Assembly: GCA_945862265.1 (NCBI GenBank)
Contig: CAMAXP010000021.1
Span: 2,091-66,090 of the forward strand
Direction: 5' to 3'
DNA length: 64,000 nucleotides
From: Bordetella parapertussis
GTDB taxonomy: Bacteria > Pseudomonadota > Gammaproteobacteria > Burkholderiales > SG8-39
The position numbers and the translations under genes are program-made. The notes below the pieces were generated by a model. The model saw nothing but the letters and a program-made list of their open reading frames with translations. It ran no database searches and was not told where the DNA came from. The first letter of the stretch is position 1. Each line of letters opens with the position of its first letter. Positions 8,639 to 19,853 of the stretch are shown here, one piece after another.

Positions 8639-9961
8639 ATGCTTCGCGAAAACATCCCCGCCATATCCAAGCTGGTCGAACCCGACCGAGTGCACAAGGC
8701 CGTCTATACCGACGAGCAGTTGTTCGAGCTCGAGATGGAACGCATCCACGAGAAGGTGTGGGTCTACTGCGGCCACGAGACGCAGGTCAAGAATCCCGGC
8801 GACTTCTACACCGTACAGATCGGCCGGCAGCCGATGGTCATGGTGCGCGGAGCGGACGGGAAGGTAAACGTGCTTTACAACCGCTGCCCGCACCGCGGCG
8901 TGATGCTCTGCGGCGACCGGCACGGCAACACGGGCGACGCCTTCCGCTGCTCGTACCACGCGTGGACCTTCCAGCTCGATGGCAAGCTGAAGAACATCCC
9001 GATGATGGAGTCGGGCTACAAGGGCACGCGCTGGAACCGCGACAACCCCGACATCAACATGAAGCCGGCCGCCCGGGTCGAGAACTACCGCGGCTTCGTG
9101 TTCGCCAGCCTCGCCGAAGAGGGCCCCTCGCTGGTCGAGTTCCTCGGGCCCGCGAAGATCGCGTTCGATGACATCTGCGACCGCGCGCCCGAAGGAGAGG
9201 TCGAGGTCGTGCCTACGTGTTTCCGCGTGATCCAGAACTCCAACTGGAAGATCTTCCTCGAGAACCAGCTCGACGCACTGCACCCGTCGGTGACCCACCA
9301 GTCCACCGGCCGCGCCGCGCGCGATGTCGAAGTCGCGCTCGAAAAGAAGACCGGCCACGCGCCGCTCGCCTACCACATGCTTTCGGCCTTCTCGACGGTG
9401 ACGATCGACAAGTGGGACAACTTCCAGACGATCAACTACCCGTACGGGCACTGCATCCTCACCGGCTACATGGGCCTGCGCCCGCAGGACCCGGACACCC
9501 TGGCCTACGAGAAAACGCTGGTGAAGGCCTACGGCGAAAAGAGGAAGGAAGAGATCCTCACCACCAACATCCACCACGTGCTGCTCTACCCCGGCCTGTC
9601 GGTGCAATCGCCGCTGCAGCAGCTGCGCGCGGTGCGTCCGCTGGGTGTGAACAAGACGCTGACCGAGATCTGGCACTTCCGCCTCAAGGGCGCGCCGGAG
9701 CCGATCTACCGTCGAGCGCTGGCGTACTACAACCTCGTCAACTCCCCCGCCACGCTGATCAACGCGGACGACCTCGAGAACTTCTGGAAGGCGCAGACCG
9801 GCCTCGCCTCGGATGGCGGCGACTGGGTGAGCTTCGCGCGCCACTACGGCCGCGACATCACGAAGAAAGGCGTGGTCGAAACCGCAGAAGGCATGGGGAC
9901 GTCTGAGGCGCCGATGCGCAACCAGATGAAGGCGTGGGCCGAATTCATGGCGAAGGGATAG
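8639..9961 (+). CDS. Aromatic ring-hydroxylating oxygenase alpha subunit (Rieske 2Fe-2S / mononuclear iron)
   Basis: Start ATG 8639 is preceded by AAGGAG (8627-8632). The track ORF from 8267 is over-extended. Rieske motif CPHRG...CSYHAW. Iron site NQLDALHPSVTH (D-x2-H-x4-H). 440 aa. Confidence 0.9.
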   Translation: MLRENIPAISKLVEPDRVHKAVYTDEQLFELEMERIHEKVWVYCGHETQVKNPGDFYTVQIGRQPMVMVRGADGKVNVLYNRCPHRGVMLCGDRHGNTGDAFRCSYHAWTFQLDGKLKNIPMMESGYKGTRWNRDNPDINMKPAARVENYRGFVFASLAEEGPSLVEFLGPAKIAFDDICDRAPEGEVEVVPTCFRVIQNSNWKIFLENQLDALHPSVTHQSTGRAARDVEVALEKKTGHAPLAYHMLSAFSTVTIDKWDNFQTINYPYGHCILTGYMGLRPQDPDTLAYEKTLVKAYGEKRKEEILTTNIHHVLLYPGLSVQSPLQQLRAVRPLGVNKTLTEIWHFRLKGAPEPIYRRALAYYNLVNSPATLINADDLENFWKAQTGLASDGGDWVSFARHYGRDITKKGVVETAEGMGTSEAPMRNQMKAWAEFMAKG

Positions 9962-9969
9962 GAACCGAC

Positions 9970-10518
9970 ATGGCAAAGAAACTCATCAGGAAGGCCGCGA
10001 AGAAGCCGGTCAAGCGCGCTGCGGCACCGAAGGCCGGCTCACTGGCCACGCAGCATGCGGTCGAGCAGTTCCTCTATCGCCAGGCCGAGATCCTCGACGC
10101 CAAGCGCTGGCAGGACTACATCGACCTGTTCACCGCCGATGCGGTGTACTGGATGCCGGCCGACCCGGCCGACAAGCACTGGGACGGCATCCCTTCGATC
10201 TTCGCCGAGGACAAGAACCTCATGACGGTGCGGATGAAGCGCGTGCTGCACCCGGACGCCTGGTCGCAGCGCCCACTGTGGGGCACCAACCATGTGGTCG
10301 GCAACGTGATTGTCGAGCGCGAGTCGCCCAACGGCGACGTGGTGGTGCGCTCGCGCTTCCACATGATGGAATTGCGGCGCGACAACGTGCGCCACTTCGC
10401 GGGCAGCTACCGGCACGAACTGAAGAAGACCGCGACGGGCTACCGGATCAAGGCGCAGCGGGTGGACATGACGAACGCACAGGCGGCGTTCGAGTACGTG
10501 CTGCAAGTCTGGGTATAG
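9970..10518 (+). CDS. Aromatic ring-hydroxylating oxygenase beta subunit (NTF2-like) with a Lys/Ala-rich N-terminal tail
   Basis: 182 aa from ATG 9970 (AGGA lies 6 nt upstream). The core QHAVEQFLYRQAEILDAKRWQDYIDLFTADAVYWMP is typical of beta subunits, and the gene follows the alpha subunit directly. Confidence 0.85.
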   Translation: MAKKLIRKAAKKPVKRAAAPKAGSLATQHAVEQFLYRQAEILDAKRWQDYIDLFTADAVYWMPADPADKHWDGIPSIFAEDKNLMTVRMKRVLHPDAWSQRPLWGTNHVVGNVIVERESPNGDVVVRSRFHMMELRRDNVRHFAGSYRHELKKTATGYRIKAQRVDMTNAQAAFEYVLQVWV

Positions 10519-11961
10519 CTATTTCTTCCCTGTAAGCGCCTGGTCCTTCGGCAATGCGGCGGCGTCCCAGCCGCCGCCGAGGGCCTTCACCAGCAATACG
10601 GTGGCCGTGACGCGACGGGCCAGCAGGTCCGCCGCGGTCCGTTGGCTGGCCAATGTCGTGGCCTGCGCGGTCACCACCTGCAGGTAGGTCGAGATCCCGG
10701 CCTTGTACTGGTTGAGCGAGTACTCCAGCGCCTGCTGGGATGCCTTCACCGCCTCGCCCTGCACCACGGCCTCTTCCTCCAGGATGCGCAACGCCGCCAG
10801 GTTGTCTTCCACCTCCTGGAACGCCGTCAGCACCACCTGGCGGTAATTGGCCACGCTCGCGTCATACGCGGCGGCGACCTGGTCGTTGACCGCCTGGCGC
10901 TTGCCGCCATCGAAGATCGTTTCCGCGAGGGCCGGGCCGATCGACCAGAACCGGCTGGGCAACGTGAACCACTGCGCTGCGGTCGCGGTCTGGAAACCAT
11001 ACGATGCGTTGAGCGTCGCGCTCGGGAACCACGCAGCCTTCGCCACGCCGATCTGTGCATTGGCAGCGGCCACGCGGCGCTCTGCGGCCGCGATATCGGG
11101 GCGGCGCTCCAGCAAGTCCGCAGGCAGCCCCGCGGGCACGGGCGGCGGCACGGCGGCAAGCGGCTTGGCTTCCAACGAGAAATTCCCCGCGGCCTTGCCC
11201 AGCAGCACGGCAATCGCGTGCTCGAGCTGGGCGCGCTGCACGCCGAGGTCGAGCAACTGCGCCTGCGTGGACTTGAGCTGGGTCTGCGCCTGCGCCACAT
11301 CCACGCGCGCCACCACCCCCATCTTGTAACGGTTGTTGGTGAGCTCCAGCGACTTGGCATAGGCCCCGACCGTATCGGCCAGCAACTTCTTCTGCGCATC
11401 GACCGCGCGCAACTGGAAGTAGTTCTGGGCCAGCTGCGACTGGATCGACAGGCGCGCATTCTCGAGGTCGGCCGCGCTTGCCTGTGCCGAGGCCTCGCCC
11501 GCCTCGACCGAGCGCCGCACCCTGCCCCAGACATCCGCTTCCCACGAGGCGTTCAGCGGCATGGACCAGATCGTGCGCTTGGTCGTGGCCACCCCGACCA
11601 CCGGCCCGGTGGTGCCTGAGGGCCGCGAGCGAGTCTCGGACAGCCCCGCGGTCACGGTCGGGTACCACGCGGCGCGCGCAGTGTCGGCCAGCGCCACCGA
11701 CTGGCGGAACTGCGCCTCGGCGGCGGCCAGCGTCTGGTTGGAGACCTGGACCTGTTCGAGCAGGGCGTCCAGCTGCGGGTCCGCGAACCCCGCCCACCAA
11801 TTGCCGCGGCTCACGTGGTCGCGGGGCTGGGCGGGCTGCCAGGCGAAGCCTTCCTTGTAGGCCGCCGGCACTTCGGTTGCAGGGCGTACATAGTCGGGCC
11901 CGACGGTGCAGCCCGAAGCTGCCAGTGCCACGACAACAAACGCGAGATCGGTTTTCTTCAT
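10519..11961 (-). CDS. RND efflux outer-membrane factor lipoprotein (NodT/OprM/OpmB family)
   Basis: Start ATG 11961-11959 ([27 protein letters not shown]) has a lipobox Cys and the GPDY.RP motif. It overlaps the mdtC-like stop as ATGA. 480 aa. The track ORF to 12222 is over-extended. Confidence 0.92.
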   Translation of the reverse strand: MKKTDLAFVVVALAASGCTVGPDYVRPATEVPAAYKEGFAWQPAQPRDHVSRGNWWAGFADPQLDALLEQVQVSNQTLAAAEAQFRQSVALADTARAAWYPTVTAGLSETRSRPSGTTGPVVGVATTKRTIWSMPLNASWEADVWGRVRRSVEAGEASAQASAADLENARLSIQSQLAQNYFQLRAVDAQKKLLADTVGAYAKSLELTNNRYKMGVVARVDVAQAQTQLKSTQAQLLDLGVQRAQLEHAIAVLLGKAAGNFSLEAKPLAAVPPPVPAGLPADLLERRPDIAAAERRVAAANAQIGVAKAAWFPSATLNASYGFQTATAAQWFTLPSRFWSIGPALAETIFDGGKRQAVNDQVAAAYDASVANYRQVVLTAFQEVEDNLAALRILEEEAVVQGEAVKASQQALEYSLNQYKAGISTYLQVVTAQATTLASQRTAADLLARRVTATVLLVKALGGGWDAAALPKDQALTGKK

Positions 11962-14900
11962 GTTGCCTGTCCTCCGAGCGCCGCACGGCGCGCGCTCCAC
12001 GGCCAGCGCCGTCCCGCCCACAGGCGGAACCGGTCGAGGTATAGGTAGACCACCGGCGTGGTGTAGAGCGTCAGCAGCTGGCTGAACACCAGCCCGCCGA
12101 CAATCGCGATGCCCAGCGGGCGGCGCAATTCCGCGCCTTCCCCCAGCCCTACCGCGAGCGGGATCGCGCCGAGCAGCGCCGCCATGGTGGTCATCATGAT
12201 CGGGCGGAAGCGCAGGACACACGCCTTGTAGATCGCGGCCTCCGGGGTCAATCCCTCGTTGCGCTCAGCGTCGATCGCAAAGTCGATCATCATGATCGCG
12301 TTCTTCTTCACGATGCCGATCAGCAGGATCACGCCGATGAACGCGATGATGCTGAGCTCCGTCCCGAATGCCAGCAGCGCGAGCAGCGCCCCCACGCCAG
12401 CGGAGGGCAGCGTCGAGAGGATCGTGATGGGATGGACTACGCTCTCGTAGAGGATGCCGAGCACGATGTAGAGCGTGACTAGCGCGGCGAGGATCAACCA
12501 GGGCTGGTTCTGCAGCGAGGCCTGGAACGCGCGGGCCGTGCCCTGGAAGGTGCCATGCACGCTGGTCGGCACGCCGATCTCGTCGAGCGCCTGGCGCACG
12601 GAGGCAGTGGCGTCGGAAAGCGACACGCCTTCCGGCAGGTTGAACGAGATGGTGGACGCCGCGAACTGCCCCTGGTGGTTCACGCCCAGCGGGGTGCTCG
12701 TCGGCCCGTAGCTGCTGAACGCGGAGAGCGGCACCTGCACGCCGCCCGTGCCGCTCACATGCACGTACTTGAGCACCTCCGGGCTCTGCCAGAACTCCGG
12801 CGCGGCCTCCATGACGACGCGGTACTGGTTGAGCGGGTTGTAGATGGTCGAGACGATGCGCTGGCCGAAGGCGTCGTTCAGCGTCGCGTCGATCATCCGC
12901 GTGGTGACGCCGAGGCGCGCCGCCGTGTCCCGGTCGATCACGAGCGAGGTCTGCTGGCCCTTATCCTCCTGGTCGGTGTTCACGTCGACGAGTTCAGGCA
13001 GCTGGGAAAGCGCGCGACGCACGCGCGGCTCCCACAGCCGCAACTCCTCCAGGTCGTCCGCCTGCAGCGTGAACTGGTACGCCGCATTCGCCTGCCGTCC
13101 GCCCACGCGGATGTCCTGCACCGGCACGAGAAAAAGGCTCGCGCCAGGCTCGCGGGCGAGCCGCCCGCGCATCCGGCCCACCACCTGGTCGGCGGAGATG
13201 CCGCGCTCGCTGAGCGGTTTCAGGGTCACGAACATGAACCCGCGGTTGCGCTGGAAGCCGCCCGTGAAGGCGACCACGGTCTCGACGGCAGGATCCTCGC
13301 GCACGATCTCGACGAACCGCGCCACCTTGATGCGCATGGCCTGAAAGGAGATGCCCTGGTCGGCCTGGATGCTCCCCACGAGCCGGCCGGTGTCCTGCTG
13401 CGGGAAGAACCCCTTGGGCACGACGGTGTAGAGGTAGAAGTTAAGCCCGACCGCCCCGGCGAGCAGCACGAGCATGAACCGGCTGTGGCGCAGGGCCCAG
13501 GAGAGCGTGACTTCGTACACCCGCAGCATCTTCGCGAAGAACCACTCGCCGGCGCGGTAGAACCGCCCGTGGACCTGCCCGGCTTCCGGCCGCAGCAGCC
13601 GGGCGCACATCATCGGCGTGGTCGTCAGCGACACCAGCAGGCTGATCAGGATCGCCACGGAGAGCACCACCGCGAACTCACGGAACAGCCGCCCGACGAT
13701 GCCGCCCATCAGCAGGATGGGGATGAACACTGCGATCAGCGACAGGCTCATCGACAGCACGGTGAACCCGACCTCGCGCGAGCCCTGCAGCGCCGCCTTC
13801 ATGGGCGGCACGCCTTCCTCGATCCGCCGCGAGATGTTCTCCAGCACCACGATCGCGTCGTCCACCACGAACCCGGTGGCGATGGTCAGCGCCATCAGCG
13901 ACAGGTTGTTCAGGCTGAAACCGCACAGGTGCATGACGGCGAACGTGCCGATCAACGAAACGGGAACCGCCACCGCGGGGATCAGCGTCGCGCGCCAATT
14001 GCGCAGGAACAGGAACACCACGAGGATCACGAGGCCCATGGAGATCACCAGCGAACGCTCGACCTCCAGCAGGCTGGCGCGGATGGTCGGCGTCCGGTCG
14101 AGCGCCACTTCCAGGTCGATGGCGCTCGGGATCGAAGCGCGCAGCACCGGCAGGATTGCGCGCACGCGATCCACCGTTTCGATGATGTTGGCGTTGGGTT
14201 GGCGGTTGAGGATCAGCAGCACCGAGGGCTTGCCGTTGGCCGACCCCGCGTTGCGCAGGTCCTGCACCGAATCCACCACCTCGGCCACATCGGACAACCG
14301 GACTGCGCCCCCGTTGCGGTAAGCGACGACCAGCGGCATGTACTCGGCCGCCTTGCGGGCCTGGTCGTTGGCGAGGATCTGCCAGTGCCGCTCGCCGTCC
14401 TCGACCGTGCCCTTGGGGCGGTTGGCGTTGGTCGCCACGATCGCCGTGCGCACGTCCTCCAGCCCGATGCCGTACTTGTAGAGCGTCGCCGGGTTGAGTT
14501 CGACGCGCACCGCGGGCAGCGAGGATCCGCCCACCGTCACCTGCCCGATGCCTTTCAACTGCGAGAGCTTCTGCGCGAGGATCGTCGAGGCCGCGTCGTA
14601 CATCTGCCCCTGCGTAAGGGACTCGGAAGTCAGCGACAGGATCATGATCGGCGCGTCGGCCGGGTTCACCTTGCGATAGGTCGGGTTGTTCGGCAGGCCC
14701 GTCGGCAGCAGGGTGCGCGCCGCGTTGATGGCGGCCTGCACGTCGTTGGCCGCGCCGTCGATGTCGCGGCTGAGGTCGAACTGCAGCGTGATGCGCGTGG
14801 ACCCGAGCGTGCTCGTGGAAGTGATCTCGGTGATCCCGGCGATCCGGCCCAGCGATCGCTCGAGGGGCGTGGCAACGGACGAGGCCATGGTCTCTGGGCT

Positions 14901-15062
14901 CGCGCCGGGCAGCTGGGCGGTCACCGAGATGGTCGGGAAATCCACCTGCGGCAGCGGCGACACCGGCAGCAGCCGGAACGCGAGGATGCCCGCCAGCGCG
15001 ATGCCCAGCGTCAGGAGCGTCGTCGCGACCGGGCGCTCGATGAAGGGCTGCGACAGGTTCAC
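11958..15062 (-). CDS. mdtC: RND multidrug efflux pump, MdtC/MuxC-type
   Basis: 1034 aa. N-terminus [45 protein letters not shown]. It is the second of two tandem RND genes, with 4-nt overlaps on both sides. Confidence 0.92.
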   Translation of the reverse strand: MNLSQPFIERPVATTLLTLGIALAGILAFRLLPVSPLPQVDFPTISVTAQLPGASPETMASSVATPLERSLGRIAGITEITSTSTLGSTRITLQFDLSRDIDGAANDVQAAINAARTLLPTGLPNNPTYRKVNPADAPIMILSLTSESLTQGQMYDAASTILAQKLSQLKGIGQVTVGGSSLPAVRVELNPATLYKYGIGLEDVRTAIVATNANRPKGTVEDGERHWQILANDQARKAAEYMPLVVAYRNGGAVRLSDVAEVVDSVQDLRNAGSANGKPSVLLILNRQPNANIIETVDRVRAILPVLRASIPSAIDLEVALDRTPTIRASLLEVERSLVISMGLVILVVFLFLRNWRATLIPAVAVPVSLIGTFAVMHLCGFSLNNLSLMALTIATGFVVDDAIVVLENISRRIEEGVPPMKAALQGSREVGFTVLSMSLSLIAVFIPILLMGGIVGRLFREFAVVLSVAILISLLVSLTTTPMMCARLLRPEAGQVHGRFYRAGEWFFAKMLRVYEVTLSWALRHSRFMLVLLAGAVGLNFYLYTVVPKGFFPQQDTGRLVGSIQADQGISFQAMRIKVARFVEIVREDPAVETVVAFTGGFQRNRGFMFVTLKPLSERGISADQVVGRMRGRLAREPGASLFLVPVQDIRVGGRQANAAYQFTLQADDLEELRLWEPRVRRALSQLPELVDVNTDQEDKGQQTSLVIDRDTAARLGVTTRMIDATLNDAFGQRIVSTIYNPLNQYRVVMEAAPEFWQSPEVLKYVHVSGTGGVQVPLSAFSSYGPTSTPLGVNHQGQFAASTISFNLPEGVSLSDATASVRQALDEIGVPTSVHGTFQGTARAFQASLQNQPWLILAALVTLYIVLGILYESVVHPITILSTLPSAGVGALLALLAFGTELSIIAFIGVILLIGIVKKNAIMMIDFAIDAERNEGLTPEAAIYKACVLRFRPIMMTTMAALLGAIPLAVGLGEGAELRRPLGIAIVGGLVFSQLLTLYTTPVVYLYLDRFRLWAGRRWPWSARRAALGGQAT

Positions 15063-18000
15063 TTGCCGACGCCTCCCTCAACGATGGCGGGCTTGCGCCG
15101 CGCGAACCGGTCGAACCAGAGGTAGATCACCGGCGTGGTGAAGAGCGTGAGCACCTGGCTCACCAGCAGCCCGCCCACCATGGTGATGCCGAGCGGCTGG
15201 CGAAGCTCGGAGCCCACGCCGCTGCCCAGCATCAGCGGCAGCGCGGCCAGCAGCGCCGCCATCGTGGTCATGACGATCGGGCGGAAGCGCAAGAGGCACG
15301 CCTGCCGGATCGCCTCGCGCGGCGCCTTGCCCTCCTTCCTCTCGGCGTCGAGCGCGAAGTCGATCATCATGATCGCGTTCTTCTTGACGATGCCGATCAA
15401 GAGGATGATGCCGATGATCGCGATGATGCCTAGGTCGTTGCGCGTCAGGATCAACGCGAGCAATGCACCGACGCCGGCCGACGGCAGCGTGGAGAGGATC
15501 GTCACCGGGTGGATGTAGCTCTCATAGAGTACGCCCAGCACGATGTACATGGTGACAATCGCCGCCAGGATCAGCAGCAGCGTATTGTCGAGCGAGGCCT
15601 GGAAGGCCAGCGCCGCGCCCTGGAAGCGCGTCTGCACCGACAGCGGCATCGCAATGTCCTTTTCCGCGGCGCGGATCGCATCGACCGCCTCGCCAAGCGA
15701 AGCCCCGGGTGCGAGGTTGAACGAGATCGTTGCGGAAGGAAACTGCCCCAGGTGGCTGATCAGCAGCTGGGTGGGCTTCTCGATCACCTTGGCCACGGCC
15801 GAAAGCTTCACCTGCTTTCCAGTGGAGGACCCGATGTAGATGTCCTCCAACGCCGCCGGCCCCATCCGGAACTCAGGCTTCACTTCGAGGACGACCCGGT
15901 ACTGGCTGGTCTGCGTGAAGATGGTCGAGATGAGGCGCTGGCCGAACGCGTTGTAGAGCGCGTTGTCGATGGCGGCCGGCGTCACGCCGAGGCGCCCGGC
16001 GGTCGCGCGGTCGATCTCCACGTACGCCTGCAGGCCATCGTCCTGCACGTCGCTCACTACGTCTGCGAGTTGCGGCAGCGTGCGGAGCCGCTCAACCAGC
16101 CTCGGCACCCACAACGCGAGTTCGGCTGGATCGGCATCCTCGACGCTGAACTGGTACTGGGTGCGGCTGATGCGGTCCTCGATGGTGAGGTCCTGCACCG
16201 GCTGCATGTAGAGCGTGATGCCCTCCACCTTCGCGAGGCGCTGCTGCAGGCGGCGGATTACTTCCACCGCGTGGACGCGCCTTTCCTCGAGGGGTTTCAG
16301 GTTGATCAGCACGCGCCCGCTGTTCAGCGTGGTGTTCACCCCGTCGACGCCGATGAACGAGGACAGGCTCGCCACCGCGGGATCCTCGAGCACGACCTTG
16401 GCCAGGGCCTGCTGGCGCTCGGCCATCGCGGCGAACGAGATCGACTGGCGCGCCTCGGACACGCCCTGGATTAAGCCGGTGTCCTGCAGCGGGAAGAATC
16501 CCTTGGGCACGAACACGTAGAGCACGACCGTAAGCACCAGCGTGCCCGCCGCCACCAGCAGCGTCGCCGCCTGCCGGTCGAGGACCCAGTCGAGCATGCG
16601 CGCGTAGCGTGCAATTACCGCGTCGAAGAACTGGCCGCTCCTGCGATAGAACCAGCCCTGCTCGGCTTCCGGCGTGTGGCGCAGCAGCCGCGCGCACATC
16701 ATCGGGGTCAGCGTCAGGGACACCACGGCTGAGATCAGGATCGCGACCGCCAGGGTGATCGCGAACTCGCGAAAGAGCCGTCCCACCACGTCGCCCATGA
16801 AGAGCAGCGGGATCAGCACCGCGATCAGCGACACGGTCAGCGAAATGATGGTGAAGCCGATCTGCTCGGAGCCTTTGAGTGCGGCTTCCATCGGTGACAT
16901 CGGAGGCGTGTCTTCGGTGCCTTCGATGTAGCGCGACACGTTTTCGATCATGACGATGGCGTCGTCGACAACGAAGCCGGTGGCAATGGTCAGCGCCATC
17001 AGCGTGAGGTTGTTGATGCTGAACCCGCAGAGGTACATCACGCCGAAAGTCCCCACCAGCGAGACCGGCACCGCCACGCTCGGGATCACCGTCGCCGAGG
17101 CGCTGCGCAGGAACAGGAAGATCACCATCACCACGAGCGCGACGGCCAGCGCCAGCTCGATCTTCACGTCGCGCACCGAGGCGCGGATCGTCGTCGTCCG
17201 GTCGGTGAGGAGCGCGATGTCGACCGACCCCGGCATCGTCGCCTGCAGCTGCGGCAACAGCTTCTTGATGCTGTCGACCACCTCGATCACGTTGGCGCCG
17301 GGCTGCCGCTGGACGTTCACCAGCACGGCGGCGGTCTCGTTCGACCAAGCCCCGAGCCGTGAATTTTCCGCGTCATCGAGGGTGTCGGCCACGTCCGACA
17401 GCCGGATCGGACGGCCGTTCTGGTAGGACACCACGAGGTTGCGGTACTCCTCGGCGGATTTGAGCTGGTCGTTGGCGTCGATCGTGGACGCGCGCGCCGG
17501 CCCGTCGAAGCTGCCCTTGGCCTGGTTCACGTTGGCGCTCGCGATCGCGATGCGCAGGTCCTCGAGCGACAGGCCGTAGGCCGCCAGCGCCTTCGGGTTG
17601 GCCTGGATGCGCACCGCGGGACGTTGGCCGCCGCCGATGCTGACCAGACCCACGCCGGGCAATTGCGAAATCTTCTGCGCAATACGCGTGTCGACGAGGT
17701 TCTGGACCTTGGGCAGCGGGACCGTTTTCGAGGTGACCGCAATCGTGATGATCGGCGCGTCCGCGGGGTTGACCTTGCTGTAGATCGGCGGTACCGGCAG
17801 GTCGGAGGGCAGCAGGTTGGCCGAGGCGTTGATCGCGGCCTGCACCTGCTGCTCGGCGACGTCGAGCTTGAGGTCGAGCCCGAACTGCAGCGTGACGACC
17901 GAGGCCCCGCCGGAACTGGTCGAGGACATCTGGTTCAGGCCGGGCATCTGGCCGAACTGCCGCTCGAGCGGCGCGGTGATCGACGAGGTGACCACGTCCG

Positions 18001-18166
18001 GGCTCGCGCCCGGGTAGAGGGTCACGACCTGGATCGTTGGGTAGTCGACTTCGGGCAGCGCCGAAATCGGCAGCACGCGATAGGCGACGATGCCCGCCAG
18101 CATGATGGCGACCATGAAGAGCGAGGTCGCGACCGGCCGGAGGATGAAGAGGCGTGAGGGGTTCAT
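15059..18166 (-). CDS. mdtB: RND multidrug efflux pump, MdtB/MuxB-type
   Basis: 1035 aa. N-terminus [47 protein letters not shown]. It is the first of the tandem RND genes downstream of the adaptor. Confidence 0.92.
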   Translation of the reverse strand: MNPSRLFILRPVATSLFMVAIMLAGIVAYRVLPISALPEVDYPTIQVVTLYPGASPDVVTSSITAPLERQFGQMPGLNQMSSTSSGGASVVTLQFGLDLKLDVAEQQVQAAINASANLLPSDLPVPPIYSKVNPADAPIITIAVTSKTVPLPKVQNLVDTRIAQKISQLPGVGLVSIGGGQRPAVRIQANPKALAAYGLSLEDLRIAIASANVNQAKGSFDGPARASTIDANDQLKSAEEYRNLVVSYQNGRPIRLSDVADTLDDAENSRLGAWSNETAAVLVNVQRQPGANVIEVVDSIKKLLPQLQATMPGSVDIALLTDRTTTIRASVRDVKIELALAVALVVMVIFLFLRSASATVIPSVAVPVSLVGTFGVMYLCGFSINNLTLMALTIATGFVVDDAIVMIENVSRYIEGTEDTPPMSPMEAALKGSEQIGFTIISLTVSLIAVLIPLLFMGDVVGRLFREFAITLAVAILISAVVSLTLTPMMCARLLRHTPEAEQGWFYRRSGQFFDAVIARYARMLDWVLDRQAATLLVAAGTLVLTVVLYVFVPKGFFPLQDTGLIQGVSEARQSISFAAMAERQQALAKVVLEDPAVASLSSFIGVDGVNTTLNSGRVLINLKPLEERRVHAVEVIRRLQQRLAKVEGITLYMQPVQDLTIEDRISRTQYQFSVEDADPAELALWVPRLVERLRTLPQLADVVSDVQDDGLQAYVEIDRATAGRLGVTPAAIDNALYNAFGQRLISTIFTQTSQYRVVLEVKPEFRMGPAALEDIYIGSSTGKQVKLSAVAKVIEKPTQLLISHLGQFPSATISFNLAPGASLGEAVDAIRAAEKDIAMPLSVQTRFQGAALAFQASLDNTLLLILAAIVTMYIVLGVLYESYIHPVTILSTLPSAGVGALLALILTRNDLGIIAIIGIILLIGIVKKNAIMMIDFALDAERKEGKAPREAIRQACLLRFRPIVMTTMAALLAALPLMLGSGVGSELRQPLGITMVGGLLVSQVLTLFTTPVIYLWFDRFARRKPAIVEGGVGK

Positions 18167-18178
18167 CGGGGGGGCCCG

Positions 18179-19726
18179 CTACTGCGCGTTGCCGCCGGCC
18201 GCCTCGCGTTTCTGGCGCAGTTCGCGCATGCGCTGCTTGCGCTCTTCCTCGGGGAGCTTCTTGATCTCCTCGCCGAACTCGCCGCGGTCGATGCGTGCGT
18301 TCACATCGGCCCAGCGCTTCGCCCTCTCCTCGGGGGACAGGCCCTGCCATCCGCCGCCCCCGCCACCCCCCGTTGCTGCCGACGGCGGCGGTGTCGTCCC
18401 CTGCGATGCCGCGGCCCCGGGAGCCCCCTTGGCACGCTCCCCACCCGCTGCGGGCGCCTTTCCTTCAGCCCCGGGCGGGCCCTTGCGAAACCCACCTTTA
18501 CCCGATCCTGCTTCGCGGGTGCTCGCATCAACCTTGGCGCCTTCGCGCAGCTTGTCGGCGCCGTCCACCACGACCATCTCGCCCGCCGCGAGGCCCGACT
18601 CGACAGATACCGACTCGCCCTGCGCCGGACCGAGCTTCACTCTGCGCACGGATACCGTGCCTTCCGCGCCGACCACGTAGACGAACGTTCCGGGAGTGCC
18701 CCTTTGCACCGCGGCGCTCGGCACCAGCACCGCATCGCGCTTCACGTCGACCAGCATGCGCACATTGGCGAACTGGCTGGGAAAGAGGGCGTTGTCGGTG
18801 TTCGGGAACTGCGCCTTGAGCTTGACCGTCCCGGTGGCCGGGTCGATCTGGTTGTCCGCAGTCAGCAACATCCCCGAGGCAAGCTTTGCCTTGTCGGCCC
18901 GGTCGTACGCATCGACCGGGAGCTTCTCCCCCGCGCGCAGCTTGGCCATCACCGGGGGCAGGCTGTCCTCGGGAATCGTGAACACCACTGTGATCGGCTG
19001 CAGTTGCGCGATCACCACGAGCCCTGTGGCATCACCCGCGCGTACGATGTTGCCTGCGTCGACTTGGCGCAGGCCGAGGCGCCCGCCGACCGGCGCGGTG
19101 ACCCTGCAATAGGTCAGCTGGAGCTTGGCCGTATCGATCGCGGCCTGGTCGATCTTGACGGTGGCCTCGTACTGCCGGACGAGCGCCTCCTGCGTGTCGT
19201 ACTGCTGCTTGGCGATCGAGTCCTGCTGCAGCAATACGCGATAGCGCTCGAGGTCGATGCGCGCGTTCTTGAGCAGCGCCTGGTCGCGGGCCATCTGGCC
19301 CTCGGCCGTCGCGAGCTGGACCTGGTAGGGGCGCGGGTCGATCTCCGCGAGCAATTCGCCCGCACGCACCACCTGGCCTTCCTTGAACAGCACGCTCATG
19401 AGCTGGCCGTCTACGCGGCTGCGCACCGCAACGGTGGCAACGGGCGTGACCGAACCCAGGCCCGCGAGGTAGACGTTTACGTCGCCGGTTTTGGCCGCGG
19501 TCGCGATCACCGGCACGGGGCGGTCGCCGAATCGACCCTTGCCCTTGCCTTTGCCGGGGCCGCCCTTGGTGCCGTCCTGCGCAGCCTGTCCCGCGCCCTG
19601 CGGCGCATAGTAGAAGTAGTAGTACGCACCCGCACCGGCCGCAACAACGAGCAGCGCGAGGATCCATATCCAGCTTCGGCGCAGGAAGGAAGGTTTTGCG
19701 TTCAGGTCGGAAGTGGGCACGGTCAT
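18179..19726 (-). CDS. mdtA: RND efflux membrane-fusion (periplasmic adaptor) protein, MdtA/MuxA-type, with a long low-complexity/charged C-terminal tail
   Basis: 515 aa. It has an N-terminal TM anchor (WIWILALLVVAAGAGAYYYF), a lipoyl/beta-barrel adaptor core, and is the first gene of the operon. Confidence 0.9.
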   Translation of the reverse strand: MTVPTSDLNAKPSFLRRSWIWILALLVVAAGAGAYYYFYYAPQGAGQAAQDGTKGGPGKGKGKGRFGDRPVPVIATAAKTGDVNVYLAGLGSVTPVATVAVRSRVDGQLMSVLFKEGQVVRAGELLAEIDPRPYQVQLATAEGQMARDQALLKNARIDLERYRVLLQQDSIAKQQYDTQEALVRQYEATVKIDQAAIDTAKLQLTYCRVTAPVGGRLGLRQVDAGNIVRAGDATGLVVIAQLQPITVVFTIPEDSLPPVMAKLRAGEKLPVDAYDRADKAKLASGMLLTADNQIDPATGTVKLKAQFPNTDNALFPSQFANVRMLVDVKRDAVLVPSAAVQRGTPGTFVYVVGAEGTVSVRRVKLGPAQGESVSVESGLAAGEMVVVDGADKLREGAKVDASTREAGSGKGGFRKGPPGAEGKAPAAGGERAKGAPGAAASQGTTPPPSAATGGGGGGGWQGLSPEERAKRWADVNARIDRGEFGEEIKKLPEEERKQRMRELRQKREAAGGNAQ

Positions 19727-19853
19727 GGGGTTCGCTGGTGGTCAGGGCGAGGCGTGGTTACTGCTTTATAGCGGTTCGCGCCCCCTGTGGGCAAGGCTGC
19801 GTTGTAACACTTTGTAGCGGGGCGCGGGTGCGCCCACCAAGTAGAATGGACGG

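Noticed and set aside
8045-9976. 643-aa minus-strand ORF
   Set aside because: It is antisense to the marR and Rieske alpha genes, which carry clear motifs. The composition is low-complexity and Arg/Val/Leu/His-rich, with no recognisable domain.
12555-15125. 856-aa plus-strand ORF, together with many 100-470-aa ORFs across 10.6-18.4 kb on both strands
   Set aside because: These are shadows of the RND pump, adaptor and OMF genes, with extreme Arg/His/Asp/Gly or Arg/Pro/Gly bias. The pumps themselves are unambiguous.
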